Origin: Candidatus Hydrogenedentota bacterium
Lineage (GTDB): Bacteria; Hydrogenedentota; Hydrogenedentia; Hydrogenedentales; JAJRTN01
Assembly (NCBI GenBank): GCA_024278275.1
Contig: JAJRTN010000123.1
Span: forward strand, 508-64,507
Length of the DNA: 64,000 nucleotides
Direction: 5' to 3'
In this document: positions 1-9,129 of the stretch, piece by piece
Numbering within the stretch: position 1 is the stretch's first letter
How the letters are laid out: every line of letters begins with the position of its first letter
The notes under the pieces: generated by a model
Databases searched by the model: none
Seen by the model: only the letters and a program-made list of their open reading frames with translations
Told to the model about the DNA's origin: nothing
Made by a program: the position numbers and the translations under genes

Positions 1-533
1 GCGTACTCTTCGCGGACATTATCGAGGAGAAGCTCTTTAACAGTGTGAATGTGGCCATCACCCTGTTGGTGGGCGGCGTGGTGCTGGTCGTGATGGAGCG
101 TGGACGACGGACGCATCGCCTGGACAATATGCGCCAGGTGGGTTATGGCATGGCCCTGCTCATCGGCTGTTTCCAATGCCTGGCCATGATCCCCGGCACG
201 TCACGGTCGGCGGCGACCATTATCGGCGCCATGCTGCTTGGCGCAAGCCGCGTGGCCGCCGCGGAGTTTTCCTTCCTCCTCGCCATCCCCACCATGGCCG
301 GGGCAACGGCCTATACCCTCTTCAAGCATGGCATTGCCTTCACGGCCGCCCAGTGGGGACTCCTCGCCGTGGGGTCGGTGGTCTCCTTCGCCGTGGCCTA
401 CGGCGTGATTGCCTTCCTCATGAACTACATCAGGAAGCACGATTTCCAGCTCTTCGGGTACTACCGGATCGTCCTCGGGACAGCGGTGCTGGCGCTTTTC
501 TTTCTCGGCTGCATGAGCACGCCCTCCCCCTGA
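1..533 (+). CDS. uppP: undecaprenyl-diphosphate phosphatase (UppP/BacA), 5'-truncated by the window edge
   Basis: The frame is open from nt 3 to the TGA at 531-533. The translation (...LLIGCFQCLAMIPGTSRSAATIIGAMLLG...AAEFSFLLAIPTMAGA...) carries the conserved UppP PGxSRS and EFSFxLA membrane motifs and is hydrophobic throughout. Confidence 0.85.
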   Translation, partial: VLFADIIEEKLFNSVNVAITLLVGGVVLVVMERGRRTHRLDNMRQVGYGMALLIGCFQCLAMIPGTSRSAATIIGAMLLGASRVAAAEFSFLLAIPTMAGATAYTLFKHGIAFTAAQWGLLAVGSVVSFAVAYGVIAFLMNYIRKHDFQLFGYYRIVLGTAVLALFFLGCMSTPSP

Positions 534-723
534 GCCCCGGCACATCCCTGTTGTCATTTCGAACGTACCCATGATCATTCTTACCCACCACGTCACCGCA
601 GCACTTGTGAAAAAGGGGAGCCGCGAAAGGCTGCGGTCACATCATAAAAGGGTGCCCCGGGACCACGGCTCTCGGCATGAACCGCTGCCCGTGCCCTTTC
701 CCATCGTGCCGTGTCTTTGGCGC

Positions 724-767
724 GAATCGCTAAAAACGCGATTCTTGGGGGAGTCGTGTGGTATACT
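724..767 (+). promoter_or_regulatory. candidate extended -10 promoter (TGgTATACT) upstream of typA, preceded by a 7-bp inverted repeat
   Basis: TG at 759-760 and TATACT at 762-767. There is no good -35 hexamer. The inverted repeat gaatcgc(724-730)/gcgattc(738-744) lies where the -35 would be. About 180 nt of leader follows before the typA ATG at 948. Confidence 0.3.
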
Positions 768-947
768 TTCACCGCGGGTGCAGGGCTCGGTGTGTTCCAA
801 CGATCCTGCGAGACCCGCCTCCAATCCCGAGGGTCCAAACAGATTCTTGTTGCAGGCTGTGTTACGTTCGGGCGGCGCAGGCCAACCGTCCGGGCACACG
901 CCCTCCGGCCCGTTCCCTAACCTTGAGTCTTTACCCAGAGAACATTC

Positions 948-2858
948 ATGACACCCATCGAACGCATACGTAATGTTGCCATCATCGCCCACATCGACCA
1001 CGGAAAAACGACCCTGGTTGACAGCATCTTTCGCGCGGCCCACGTGTTTCGCGACAATGCCCGGGTCAAAGAGCGGGTCATGGATAACAACGAACTGGAG
1101 CGGGAACGGGGCATCACCATCCGGTCCAAGCATTGCACGGTCGAGTGGAACGGCTACCTTATCAATATCGTGGACACGCCGGGCCACGCCGATTTCTCGG
1201 GCGAGGTGGAGCGCGTTCTCTCCATGGTGGATTCCGTACTGCTCCTGGTGGACGCCAATGAAGGCCCCATGCCGCAGACGCGGTATGTGCTGATGCGGGC
1301 CTTGCGCCTGGGGCTGCGGCCCATCGTCATCGTGAACAAGGTGGACCGGCCCCGGGCGACGCCGGCCAGGGCGCTGGATGAAACCTTCGATCTTTTCGTG
1401 GAATTGGGCGCGAGCGATGAACAGTGCGATTTTCCCGTGCTTTACGGTTCGGGGCTGAATGGCTGGCTCGTGAACGACCTGGAGACGGAGCCCCACGAGG
1501 GCATGGACGCGCTGTTTACCACCATTATCGAGAACGTGCCCGCCCCCGCGGGCGACCCGGATGCGCCCTTCCTTATGCAGGTGAGCACCATCGGCTGGGA
1601 CGACCATCTGGGCCGCACCGGCACGGGGCGCGTGCTCCAGGGGCGTCTGCGCAAGGGGCAGATCCTGAACCGCGTTCAGACCCAATGGGTCGACGGTCCC
1701 CACGACCTCACTCCCGAGGCCGGGCTGGCCGAGAAACACGCCAAAGATTGGGAAATCACCGGTGTGTCGCCGGTAAAGAGCGCCTATCTCTGGTTGACCC
1801 GGGGCCTGGAGAGCGTGATTGTCGAGGAGGCGGGCGCGGGCGACATTCTCACCCTGGCCGGGCCGAAGGAACTGAGCATCGGCGACACCCTCACGGCGGC
1901 CGAGCTGGAGGACCAGGCCCTGCCGCCCCTCGATATCGAGGAGCCGACAGTCTCCATGATGTTCCTTATCAACAACGGCCCCTTCGCCGGCCAGGAGGGC
2001 GACGCCGTCACCCTGCGCCAGATTCGCGCCCGTCTTGAGCGGGAGATTCGCACCAACGTGGCGCTTCGCATCGAGGAGGCCAACCAGGGCACGGGCATCA
2101 AGGTGTCGGGCCGGGGCGAACTGCACATCGCCATCCTGATCGAGGAAATGCGCCGAGAAGGCATGGAACTGTGCGTGTCCTCCCCGGAGATCATCACCCA
2201 CCGCGACGAGAACGGCAAGGTGCTCGAACCCATCGAGGAACTGGTGGTGGACGTGCCCATGGACTTCCAGGGGGTGGTCATGGAGAAGTTGTCGAAGCGC
2301 AAGGCCGAATTGGTGAACATGCACAACGAAGGGTCGGGCACGGTCCGCCTCGAGTTCCGCATTCCCACGCGCGGCCTCATCGGCTACCGCGGCGAGTTCC
2401 TCACCGACACGCGGGGCCTGGGGATCATGGCCTCCCGCTTCATCGGTTACGACACCTGGAAAGGCTCCGTGGGAGAACGCAGCCGCGGCTCCATGGTCAG
2501 CATGGAAACGGGAGAGGCCACGGCGTACAGCCTGGAGAACCTTCAGCAGCGGGGCACCCTGTTCATTTCCGCCATGACCACGGTCTACGAGGGCATGATC
2601 ATCGGCGAATACTCGCGGCCCACCGACCTGCCCTGCAAGCCCACCAAGCGCAAGGCCCTCACCAACCACCGCGCCGCCGGCAAAGACCACTCCGCGGGGC
2701 TCGACGTGCCGCGCACCATGACCCTGGACGCGGCCCTCGAATGGATCGCCCCCGACGAACTCGTCGAGGTGACTCCCAAGAGTATCCGCGTCCGCAAGGC
2801 CCTGCTCGACGCCAACGACCGCAAGCGGGAAGATCGCAAACGCGCCGCCGCGGGGTAA
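948..2858 (+). CDS. typA: translational GTPase TypA/BipA
   Basis: 636 aa. The N-terminus [19 protein letters not shown]...DTPGHADF...NKVD gives the G1-G4 motifs, and the full-length EF-G-like layout is typical of BipA. Confidence 0.95.
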   Translation: MTPIERIRNVAIIAHIDHGKTTLVDSIFRAAHVFRDNARVKERVMDNNELERERGITIRSKHCTVEWNGYLINIVDTPGHADFSGEVERVLSMVDSVLLLVDANEGPMPQTRYVLMRALRLGLRPIVIVNKVDRPRATPARALDETFDLFVELGASDEQCDFPVLYGSGLNGWLVNDLETEPHEGMDALFTTIIENVPAPAGDPDAPFLMQVSTIGWDDHLGRTGTGRVLQGRLRKGQILNRVQTQWVDGPHDLTPEAGLAEKHAKDWEITGVSPVKSAYLWLTRGLESVIVEEAGAGDILTLAGPKELSIGDTLTAAELEDQALPPLDIEEPTVSMMFLINNGPFAGQEGDAVTLRQIRARLEREIRTNVALRIEEANQGTGIKVSGRGELHIAILIEEMRREGMELCVSSPEIITHRDENGKVLEPIEELVVDVPMDFQGVVMEKLSKRKAELVNMHNEGSGTVRLEFRIPTRGLIGYRGEFLTDTRGLGIMASRFIGYDTWKGSVGERSRGSMVSMETGEATAYSLENLQQRGTLFISAMTTVYEGMIIGEYSRPTDLPCKPTKRKALTNHRAAGKDHSAGLDVPRTMTLDAALEWIAPDELVEVTPKSIRVRKALLDANDRKREDRKRAAAG

Positions 2859-2998
2859 TCACCTTTTCCCCGACTCTTACACCTGGCCCGGTCAAGCCGG
2901 AACCAGGAATCGTCTCCACGGAAAGCCGTGGTCCCAGGGAAACGTGGATGCGGCATCCTGCCGCATTCAAAGCCGCTGGATGCCGCTTCTACATTTCC

Positions 2999-3115
2999 GT
3001 CATCCCGGCGAAAGCGGGGCTCCATGATGGGGGCAGCACCTTGACTTTCCCGTGGATTCCCGCTTTCGCGGGAATGACGGCTGGGTGGTTTCCCGCGTGC
3101 GTGGGCATGACGGCT
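2999..3115. repeat. REP/MITE-like unit (family A): inverted arms GTCATCCCnGCGAAAGCGGGG ... ATTCCCGCTTTCGCGGGAATGAC, plus a degenerate third arm
   Basis: Left arm at 2999-3028 and right arm at 3056-3080, which are reverse complements of each other. Each arm is itself a GC hairpin (CCCGCGAAnGCGGG). The same unit recurs at 9565-9647, 32852-32935 and elsewhere. Confidence 0.8.
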
Positions 3116-3221
3116 GGGAGGGGCAACGACACATTGTCGTGACCATGGGTTCCGAACTCCACGGGCAGGGGAGCGACGCCATCGCCCGTTTATGGCGACC
3201 GACACGCAATGCGGTTCTCAC

Positions 3222-3629
3222 CTACAGCGTAAGCAAATCCTTCAGTGTTATCGAATCCAATTGCGCGAGCAGTCTTGCTTTCTCCTCGGCCCACATGCGA
3301 TGGAGGGGACACGGGTTGCCCTGGTCACAATTCGGCAGCCCAAGGACGCAGGAATCGAAGGTGTCTTCTCCGTCCACGGCCCGGATGATTTCGAGAAGGG
3401 TGAGTGCCGACGGGCTCCGGGTGAGTTCATAGCCTCCGCCCGGCCCCGGAACCGTCTTGAGAAAGCCCCCCTGAACCAGGGACTGGAGCACTTTGCGCGT
3501 GTATGCTTCCGGAATGCCGCTCCGCTCGCACACGTCCCGGGCGCGAAACCTTCCTTCCCGAGCGCTTGACACAGCGCAAATCAGCGCGCGGATTGCGTAT
3601 TCACAGCCCTTCGAGTACAGACGAAACAC
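3222..3629 (-). CDS. Rrf2-family transcriptional regulator
   Basis: Translation (V)FRLYSKGCEYAIRALICAV...GIPEAYTRKVLQSLVQGGFLKTVPGPGGGYEL has the Rrf2 winged-helix signature. I prefer the GTG start at 3629 because GGAGG (complement of 3637-3641) lies 7 nt upstream. The longest ORF would start at 3683. Confidence 0.8.
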   Translation of the reverse strand: MFRLYSKGCEYAIRALICAVSSAREGRFRARDVCERSGIPEAYTRKVLQSLVQGGFLKTVPGPGGGYELTRSPSALTLLEIIRAVDGEDTFDSCVLGLPNCDQGNPCPLHRMWAEEKARLLAQLDSITLKDLLTL

Positions 3630-3842
3630 GGAGCAGCCTCCTTCTTTCCACCGTCGCGATACAACCCCCGTGCCGACAATCATGGACTGTATTGTCCATT
3701 ATCACGCCCCCCATCTGTCAACCGTTATGGGTGGTTGACTTGGGAGGAGCTATCATGGATAATAATGTCTGTAATTTGCTTAATGGAGGACGCTTGCGCG
3801 TTCTGTTCGCCGGGTTGCTTCGTCGAACAGGATTGAACAGAT

Positions 3843-3943
3843 GTCTCCGAGCCCTCGCGGTCTAAAAGGCGCCGCCTCATGACCCGTGGGCCGGTCAGGG
3901 TACGGTTGGAAACGCCCGTGCCTCCCGTGTTTGGAAAGGAGAC
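3843..3943 (+). promoter_or_regulatory. candidate molybdenum-cofactor (Moco) riboswitch in the moaA leader
   Basis: gtCTCCGAGCC at 3843-3853 and GGAAAGGAGac at 3933-3943 resemble, from memory, the conserved 5' and 3' elements of the Moco RNA motif. gtctcc(3843-3848) pairs perfectly with ggagac(3938-3943) as a closing P1 that sequesters an AAGGAG Shine-Dalgarno. It sits directly upstream of moaA-moaC-moaB. Confidence 0.55.
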
Positions 3944-4014
3944 CCCGAAATGACTCGCCCACGTCTGGCGTGGCCCCCCGGGGCCGCGTGCATGTTTTTG
4001 GCCGCCCCCCGGCC

Positions 4015-4998
4015 ATGGAGGGCCGCCCGGTGACGGCGTCATCCACCCCGGGACTCCTGGTGCGGCTGTCGGTCACGGACGGTTGCGGGTTGCGGTGCCT
4101 GTACTGCAAACCGGCCGGGAGTGCATCCCCTCCGCGAACCCATGCGCCCATGTCCGTCCGAAAGATCCGCGTCCTCCTTGAAAAGCTCGTTCAGATCCAT
4201 GGCATCGCCAAGGTCCGCATCACCGGGGGGGAACCGTTACTCCGGAGCGATTTACCCGAGATTATTTCCGGCATCCGCGAGATGGGCATTCCCGATATTG
4301 CCCTGACCACCAATGGGCAACAACTCGCGCGGCAGGCCCGTGTCCTGCGTGACGCGGGGCTGGATCGGGTCAACGTGAGCCTGGATTCCTTGGAAACCGA
4401 CACGTTCTCCCGCATCACGGGCGGCGGCGACCTGGATCGGGTGCTTCTCGGCATCGAGCGTGCCCGGGCCTGCGGTTTGACGCCCGTCCGGGTTAACATG
4501 GTCCTCATGCGCGGCATCAACGACCACGAAGCCGTGGAGATGGTCCGCTTCGGGTTGCGTACGGGCTGCACGGTCCGCTTCCTGGAGTTGATGCCCATCG
4601 GGGCTATGGCCAACGATTTTCAGCGCCTCCTCGTGCCCTGGGAAGAGACCCACGAACGCGTCTCTTCCGCTTTCGATCTTGAAGCGCTGCCCCACGAGGC
4701 CGGTGAAACGAGCCGGGATTTCCTTGTTCGCGACGGCGATGGCACGGGACGTTGCGGATTCATCTCCCCTTCCACGAAGCCCTTCTGCGCGGGGTGCCGC
4801 CGGCTTCGGGTGACGGCGGGCGGCGAGCTTATCGGGTGTCTGGCGAATCCCAGGCGCATCCCCCTTGGCGCGGCCCTCGACCAGGCGATGGGGGGGGATA
4901 ATAAACCCTTGGAGAGGATTATCGCGTCCGCCTTCCGTCTGAAGCGAGGGGTTCATGCCCTGGAGCGGCAGTATGAAATGTCGGGAATCGGCGGATGA
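4015..4998 (+). CDS. moaA: GTP 3',8-cyclase MoaA (radical SAM)
   Basis: LVRLSVTDGCGLRCLYC has the CxxxCxxC radical-SAM cluster, and a C-terminal CxxCxRLR region is present. The start is uncertain. The ATG at 4015 is the first ATG in frame, and the track ORF begins at the GTG at 3886, inside the riboswitch candidate. The stop overlaps the moaC start (ATGA at 4995-4998). Confidence 0.85.
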   Translation: MEGRPVTASSTPGLLVRLSVTDGCGLRCLYCKPAGSASPPRTHAPMSVRKIRVLLEKLVQIHGIAKVRITGGEPLLRSDLPEIISGIREMGIPDIALTTNGQQLARQARVLRDAGLDRVNVSLDSLETDTFSRITGGGDLDRVLLGIERARACGLTPVRVNMVLMRGINDHEAVEMVRFGLRTGCTVRFLELMPIGAMANDFQRLLVPWEETHERVSSAFDLEALPHEAGETSRDFLVRDGDGTGRCGFISPSTKPFCAGCRRLRVTAGGELIGCLANPRRIPLGAALDQAMGGDNKPLERIIASAFRLKRGVHALERQYEMSGIGG

Positions 4999-5534
4999 AC
5001 GTCACACCGACGAACCGGCCAAAGGCCGAAGGGGACGGTCCCACCATGACCCCACCGGAACTCTCGCATGTGGATAAAGCGGGCCGGGCGCGCATGGTCG
5101 ATGTGAGCGCCAAGCCCACCACCGTGCGCACGGCCCGGGCCGAGGCCCGCGTGCAGCTTGGCGAGGCCCTGGCGCGCCGGCTCCAGGAAACGGGCGGCGT
5201 GGAGAAGGGGCCGGTGCTGCCGACGGCGCGCATCGCCGGTATTCTCGCGGCGAAAAAGACGGCCGATCTGATACCCATGTGCCATCCCCTGGCGCTGGAC
5301 CATGTGGAACTTGATTTTGCGTTCGAGGGGGACGTGCTTCGCATTGAAGCGGAGGCGCGGTGCCAGGGCCGCACGGGGGTGGAAATGGAAGCCATGACGG
5401 CGGTCATGGTGGCCGCCCTCACCGTCTACGATATGTGCAAGTCGGCGAACAAGGGCATCGTCATTCAACAGGCGCGCCTGTTGGAAAAGACCGGCGGTAA
5501 GTCCGGCCGATGGACCTCAGAGCCAAGCCAGTAA
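4995..5534 (+). CDS. moaC: cyclic pyranopterin monophosphate synthase MoaC
   Basis: LSHVDKAGRARMVDVSAKPTTVRTARA...IPMCHPLALDHVELDF...TGVEMEAMTAV are MoaC family motifs. Confidence 0.9.
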   Translation: MNVTPTNRPKAEGDGPTMTPPELSHVDKAGRARMVDVSAKPTTVRTARAEARVQLGEALARRLQETGGVEKGPVLPTARIAGILAAKKTADLIPMCHPLALDHVELDFAFEGDVLRIEAEARCQGRTGVEMEAMTAVMVAALTVYDMCKSANKGIVIQQARLLEKTGGKSGRWTSEPSQ

Positions 5535-5554
5535 TTCACCGGAGTTCTTGAATC

Positions 5555-6508
5555 ATGGGCCGTATCGAAGCCATCTGCGTAAGCGACCGGAAGGGCGTCA
5601 GGAAGCAACCATTACCGCGGGCCACGCTGTTGGAGAATCACGGGATCGAGGGGGACTGTCACGCCGGTCCCTGGCATCGGCAAGTGAGCCTGCTGGACGT
5701 GGCCGACATCGAATGGATGCGCGGCCGGGGCCTGCCCAACCTGAAGTTCGGGGATTTCGCGGAGAACCTGGCCGTCTCCGGCGTGGACCTGGCCGGTCTC
5801 GGACTGGGAAGCCGCCTGCGGCTGGGGGACGAGGCCGAGGTGGTGTTGACCCAACTGGGAAAGGTATGTCACGCGCGCTGTGCCATTTACTTCCAGGCGG
5901 GGGACTGCATCATGCCCCGCCGGGGGATCTTCGCGCGCGTGCTGCGGTGCGGTACCATCGAAAGGGGCGCACCCGTGGAAATCCTGGCGGAAGTGTCCCG
6001 CGACACCATCCAGGCGGTCGTATTGACCATCAGTGACAAGGGTTCGCGGGGTGAGCGGGAGGACACCGCCGGTCCTGCCGTGGCGCGGCGCCTGGAAGAA
6101 GAACTGGGTGCGCATGTCTACGCAACGGAGATTCTGCCCGACAAGGGGGAGCTAATCGAGGAACGGTTGCGCCACTATGCCGGCGGACACAGCATTGACC
6201 TGGTGGTCACGGCGGGGGGAACCGGCTTCTCGCCGCGCGACGTGACCCCCGAAGCCGTGCGCAACGTGGTGGAACGCTTTACGCCCGGGCTGGACGAAGC
6301 CATGCGCCTGGCCTCCGCCGGGAAAACGTCGCGCGCCTGGCTTTCCCGAGCGGTCTCCGGCATTCGAAACCGGACCCTCATCGTGTCTCTGCCGGGCTCC
6401 GAACGGGCTGCCACCGAAAACATCGACGCCGTTCTCCCCGCGCTGGGCCATGGGCTCAAGAAACTGCGCGGAGACGAATCAGACTGCGCGACACCATCCC
6501 CGGAATGA
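5555..6508 (+). CDS. MOSC domain fused to a MoaB/MogA-type molybdopterin-binding domain
   Basis: The N-terminal roughly 150 aa (ICVSDRKGVRK...ENHGIEGDCHAG...VCHARC) look like a MOSC domain. The C-terminal roughly 160 aa (VLTISDKGSRGEREDTAGP...DLVVTAGGTGFSPRDVTPEA...SLPGS) look like MoaB/MogA. Confidence 0.75.
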   Translation: MGRIEAICVSDRKGVRKQPLPRATLLENHGIEGDCHAGPWHRQVSLLDVADIEWMRGRGLPNLKFGDFAENLAVSGVDLAGLGLGSRLRLGDEAEVVLTQLGKVCHARCAIYFQAGDCIMPRRGIFARVLRCGTIERGAPVEILAEVSRDTIQAVVLTISDKGSRGEREDTAGPAVARRLEEELGAHVYATEILPDKGELIEERLRHYAGGHSIDLVVTAGGTGFSPRDVTPEAVRNVVERFTPGLDEAMRLASAGKTSRAWLSRAVSGIRNRTLIVSLPGSERAATENIDAVLPALGHGLKKLRGDESDCATPSPE

Positions 6509-6562
6509 ATCTTGAGCGCCCCGGGCGGCCCCCGTGTGTGCGTAACCACGGCTGACAACACG

Positions 6563-8068
6563 TTATGGCCCGCCCAAATAACCACCGGGAAAGCGCCGGT
6601 AGATCTCGCTTGACATCTCGCGGACGTGGCGGGTGAATTTCCGTGCGGTGATGTAATGCCACCGCTCACCCGCGCAGGGCGGACGGAATATCATAAGGTG
6701 GAAGCCCCGGTCGAAGAGCCAGGCGTCCCAAGCGTCCCGAACCGCGCGGAGGGCGGTGGCGTTGAGTTTCCCGGGGCCGTAACGCAGCAGCAAAGTGCCT
6801 CCCGTTTTCAATGCGCCGAAGGCCCATGCGAGTACATTCTCCATTGCGTCATCCACGGCCTCCCCCATGGACCACACGACGGCATCCACCGGCCGCAAGA
6901 GGTGCGGTGCAATGGGCCATCGGTGCATTACATCATAGGACCGGGCGCGCCGCTTTGCCCAAGCCTCGTCGGGCGCCACGGCGATGATCGTTTCGATGCC
7001 CATCCGGTGCAGGGCAATCCTGGATTGGCCCATGTTCGCGCCCACGTCAATCATGGTGCGAACGCCGTGGGGCAAGTAGGCCGACGGACGGTCGCCCTCG
7101 CGCAACAAGGGTCCCGCCTCGAACCGGCCGCGATCCGTCAACACCGTCTTGAGCAGGGTTTCCACGCGGTGGCGGTAGGTGTGCTTCGCCAGGACCTCGG
7201 CCCGCGCCGCCGCGCCGATACGCCGCCGTGCTTCACCATCGGCCAGGTAGCGCCGCGCCTGTTCGATGAGATCCCCGTCGTCATAGGTGATGAGGTGTCG
7301 CCCCTCCTCGAAGAGCTCAAACAGGCCGTTAACCTCGGCATCCCGGTTGGTCAACAGGGGCCGCCCCATGGCCATGACCTCGAAGACACGCATATTCACG
7401 TCCTGCGCGATGGAACTGTTGAAGGCCAGCCTGCCGCGGCAAAAAGCGCGGCGCATGTCCTCCGGCCCCGCACCGGTCTGTTTGGCCACGCGGAAGTGCT
7501 TCCCCAACCGCCCCAGCCGCTGTATCCGCTGCTCGTTCACTTTCATCCGCAACGTGCCCACGAAGACAATGTCGAACGCTTCCTCGACCGCCTCGGGATG
7601 ATGGTGAGCGGGCGAACAGGCCAAAGGCAGCCACCGCGCGTGGCGGCAGCCCCCGTCGTGGAGATAGGGCACCAGCGCCCGTTGCGCCGCGAAAACGTAG
7701 TCGTAGTTCCGCGCCACCTGGAATTCGCGCGGGTCGTGCCAGGTATCCACGGAGATGTAGGCCGTCGGACAGGCCATGTCGTGAATGTTGCGATAAGCCG
7801 GCGCGGCCGACTGAATACCCACGACGAGGTCGGGCTGCCAACCCTTGGGTAGAAGCGCAAGCGCCTCCCGGGCGTCGTCCGTTTCGGTCACGAAATCATT
7901 GGGCTGCCGATACATGGCGGCATGGCCCAGGCCCGCTTCTTCCAGGAACCCCCGGTCCAGCCCGGGACCGACAGTGACCACCTCGCAGCACTGACGGAAG
8001 GCGTCCACGTAAAAAGGAACCCAATGGAGGACGTTCTCCCGGCAGAGGATGCAAACCCGCGGTGTCAT
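6563..8068 (-). CDS. CgeB-like glycosyltransferase fused to an FkbM-like methyltransferase-type C-terminal domain
   Basis: The central part (FDIVFVGT...FNSSIAQDVNMRVFEVMAMGRPLLTN...GRHLITYDD..LIEQARRYLADGEARRRIG) resembles CgeB/Glyco_trans_1_2-type glycosyltransferases. The C-terminus has MIDVGANMGQS, which is FkbM-like. I chose the ATG at 8068 (MTPRVCILC...). The longest ORF starts at 8131 and would overlap the upstream gene. Confidence 0.6.
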   Translation of the reverse strand: MTPRVCILCRENVLHWVPFYVDAFRQCCEVVTVGPGLDRGFLEEAGLGHAAMYRQPNDFVTETDDAREALALLPKGWQPDLVVGIQSAAPAYRNIHDMACPTAYISVDTWHDPREFQVARNYDYVFAAQRALVPYLHDGGCRHARWLPLACSPAHHHPEAVEEAFDIVFVGTLRMKVNEQRIQRLGRLGKHFRVAKQTGAGPEDMRRAFCRGRLAFNSSIAQDVNMRVFEVMAMGRPLLTNRDAEVNGLFELFEEGRHLITYDDGDLIEQARRYLADGEARRRIGAAARAEVLAKHTYRHRVETLLKTVLTDRGRFEAGPLLREGDRPSAYLPHGVRTMIDVGANMGQSRIALHRMGIETIIAVAPDEAWAKRRARSYDVMHRWPIAPHLLRPVDAVVWSMGEAVDDAMENVLAWAFGALKTGGTLLLRYGPGKLNATALRAVRDAWDAWLFDRGFHLMIFRPPCAGERWHYITARKFTRHVREMSSEIYRRFPGGYLGGP

Positions 8069-8076
8069 ATCACCCG

Positions 8077-9024
8077 TCAATCGTCCTTCGTCCAGATCAC
8101 GCGCTCGATAAGCGGGAGATAGTCCGACCATTTCTGACCACGCTCGCGGGTCTCCTCGACAATCCGCGAGATGGCGGCCGCCTGGGCGTCCAGGTTGTCG
8201 ATATGGTGCAGCACGATGGCCTCCAGGGTCTTGGGCACCACGGGTGAACCGAACTGCAATTCCCCATGGTGCGAGAGGATGAGGTGGAGGAGTTGCACGC
8301 GGATCTTTTCGGGAAAGCCCTCGATAGTGTTCATTTTTTCGATGGCCATGTCGGCCCCGATCTGGAGATGGCCGATAAGCTTGCCTTCCGTGGTATAGTC
8401 CACGTGAAGGTCATGGGTCATTTCGCTGAGCTTACCCAGGTCATGGAGCAGGATGCCCGCCAGGAGAACGTCCCGGTCGAGGGCCGGGTAAAGCTCGCAC
8501 ATGGTCTGCGCGATGCGGGCCATTTCATAGCAATGGCGCACCAGGCCGCCCCGATGTTCATGGTGCCACTTCTTCGCCGCGGCCGCATGGGTGAATCGGC
8601 TGACAAAATCAGCGTCCGCCATGAACTTATCCACCAACTGCCTGATATGGGGTTCCTCGATGGTGTCCAGGATCTCGCGGAAGCCGTCCAGGTGTTCCCG
8701 CGTGTCCTCCGGCGTGAAAACGAGGTCCTCCGTGTCGTACTCGCCCTCGCGCAGGGGCACCACCTGGTCCACCACCACCTGGTTGCGCCCCTGGTAGACC
8801 GACACCCGGCCGCGCACGCTCACCACGTCGCCCACCTCGAAGCGCTTCGAGGTCTGCACGGCGTTGTTCCACATGATGCCGCCCACCTCGCCGGTGCGGT
8901 CCTTGAACACCATGCCCAGGAACTTGCCCCCGTCCTGCTTGGTGCGCAGGTCGTTACGCGTGGCCACGAAGACATCATTCACAATGTCCCCTTCCTGAAG
9001 GGTGTTCACATACTGGTTTTTCAT
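8077..9024 (-). CDS. YhaM-like 3'-5' exoribonuclease (OB-fold plus HD domain)
   Basis: An N-terminal OB-fold (DVFVATRNDLRTKQDGGKFLGMVFKDRTGEV...VSVRGRVSVYQGRNQ) is followed by an HD domain (HHEHRGGLVRHC...LLHDLGK). Confidence 0.8.
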   Translation of the reverse strand: MKNQYVNTLQEGDIVNDVFVATRNDLRTKQDGGKFLGMVFKDRTGEVGGIMWNNAVQTSKRFEVGDVVSVRGRVSVYQGRNQVVVDQVVPLREGEYDTEDLVFTPEDTREHLDGFREILDTIEEPHIRQLVDKFMADADFVSRFTHAAAAKKWHHEHRGGLVRHCYEMARIAQTMCELYPALDRDVLLAGILLHDLGKLSEMTHDLHVDYTTEGKLIGHLQIGADMAIEKMNTIEGFPEKIRVQLLHLILSHHGELQFGSPVVPKTLEAIVLHHIDNLDAQAAAISRIVEETRERGQKWSDYLPLIERVIWTKDD

Positions 9025-9129
9025 GGAATACTCCGATGTGTTAAGCGGGCGGACCCGCGCGGATGACCTTTGAAATCGTCTTCGTCACAGCCTATCCCGA
9101 AGGCGAGGGGAGGCGCAAGTCCCGGGGCC

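Noticed and set aside
533-947. A small RNA gene (SRP RNA, 6S, tRNA) in the 414-nt uppP-typA spacer and in other long spacers (20888-21278, 25461-25709, 26769-27034, 45594-45799, 47027-47194).
   Set aside because: I found no cloverleaf-compatible segments, no SRP GGAA/AGCA helix-8 motif, and no other recognisable RNA signature by eye. These spacers need covariance-model scanning before anything can be claimed.
642-2690. A 682-aa ORF antisense to typA. Similar long antisense or overlapping ORFs include 14127..15674, 15719..16801, 18346..20214, 35311..37347, 40360..42141, 53203..54609 and 57890..59158.
   Set aside because: They lie opposite genes with unambiguous conserved products. Their translations are low-complexity Arg/Gly/Ala/His/Pro-rich with no recognisable motifs. 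In a genome of about 65 % G+C, stop-free antisense frames are expected by chance.
3052-3432. ORFs encoding peptides such as SFPRKRES, VIPAKAGIH and FRGNDG (also 9382..9672, the N-terminal extension of 53044..54351, and 54185..54874).
   Set aside because: These peptides are translations of the family A palindromic repeats in different frames and strands. They recur only because the DNA repeat recurs.
3886-4014. The GTG at 3886 as the moaA start (the track ORF).
   Set aside because: It lies inside the predicted riboswitch fold. The encoded 43 extra residues are Arg/Pro/Gly-rich and unlike MoaA N-termini.
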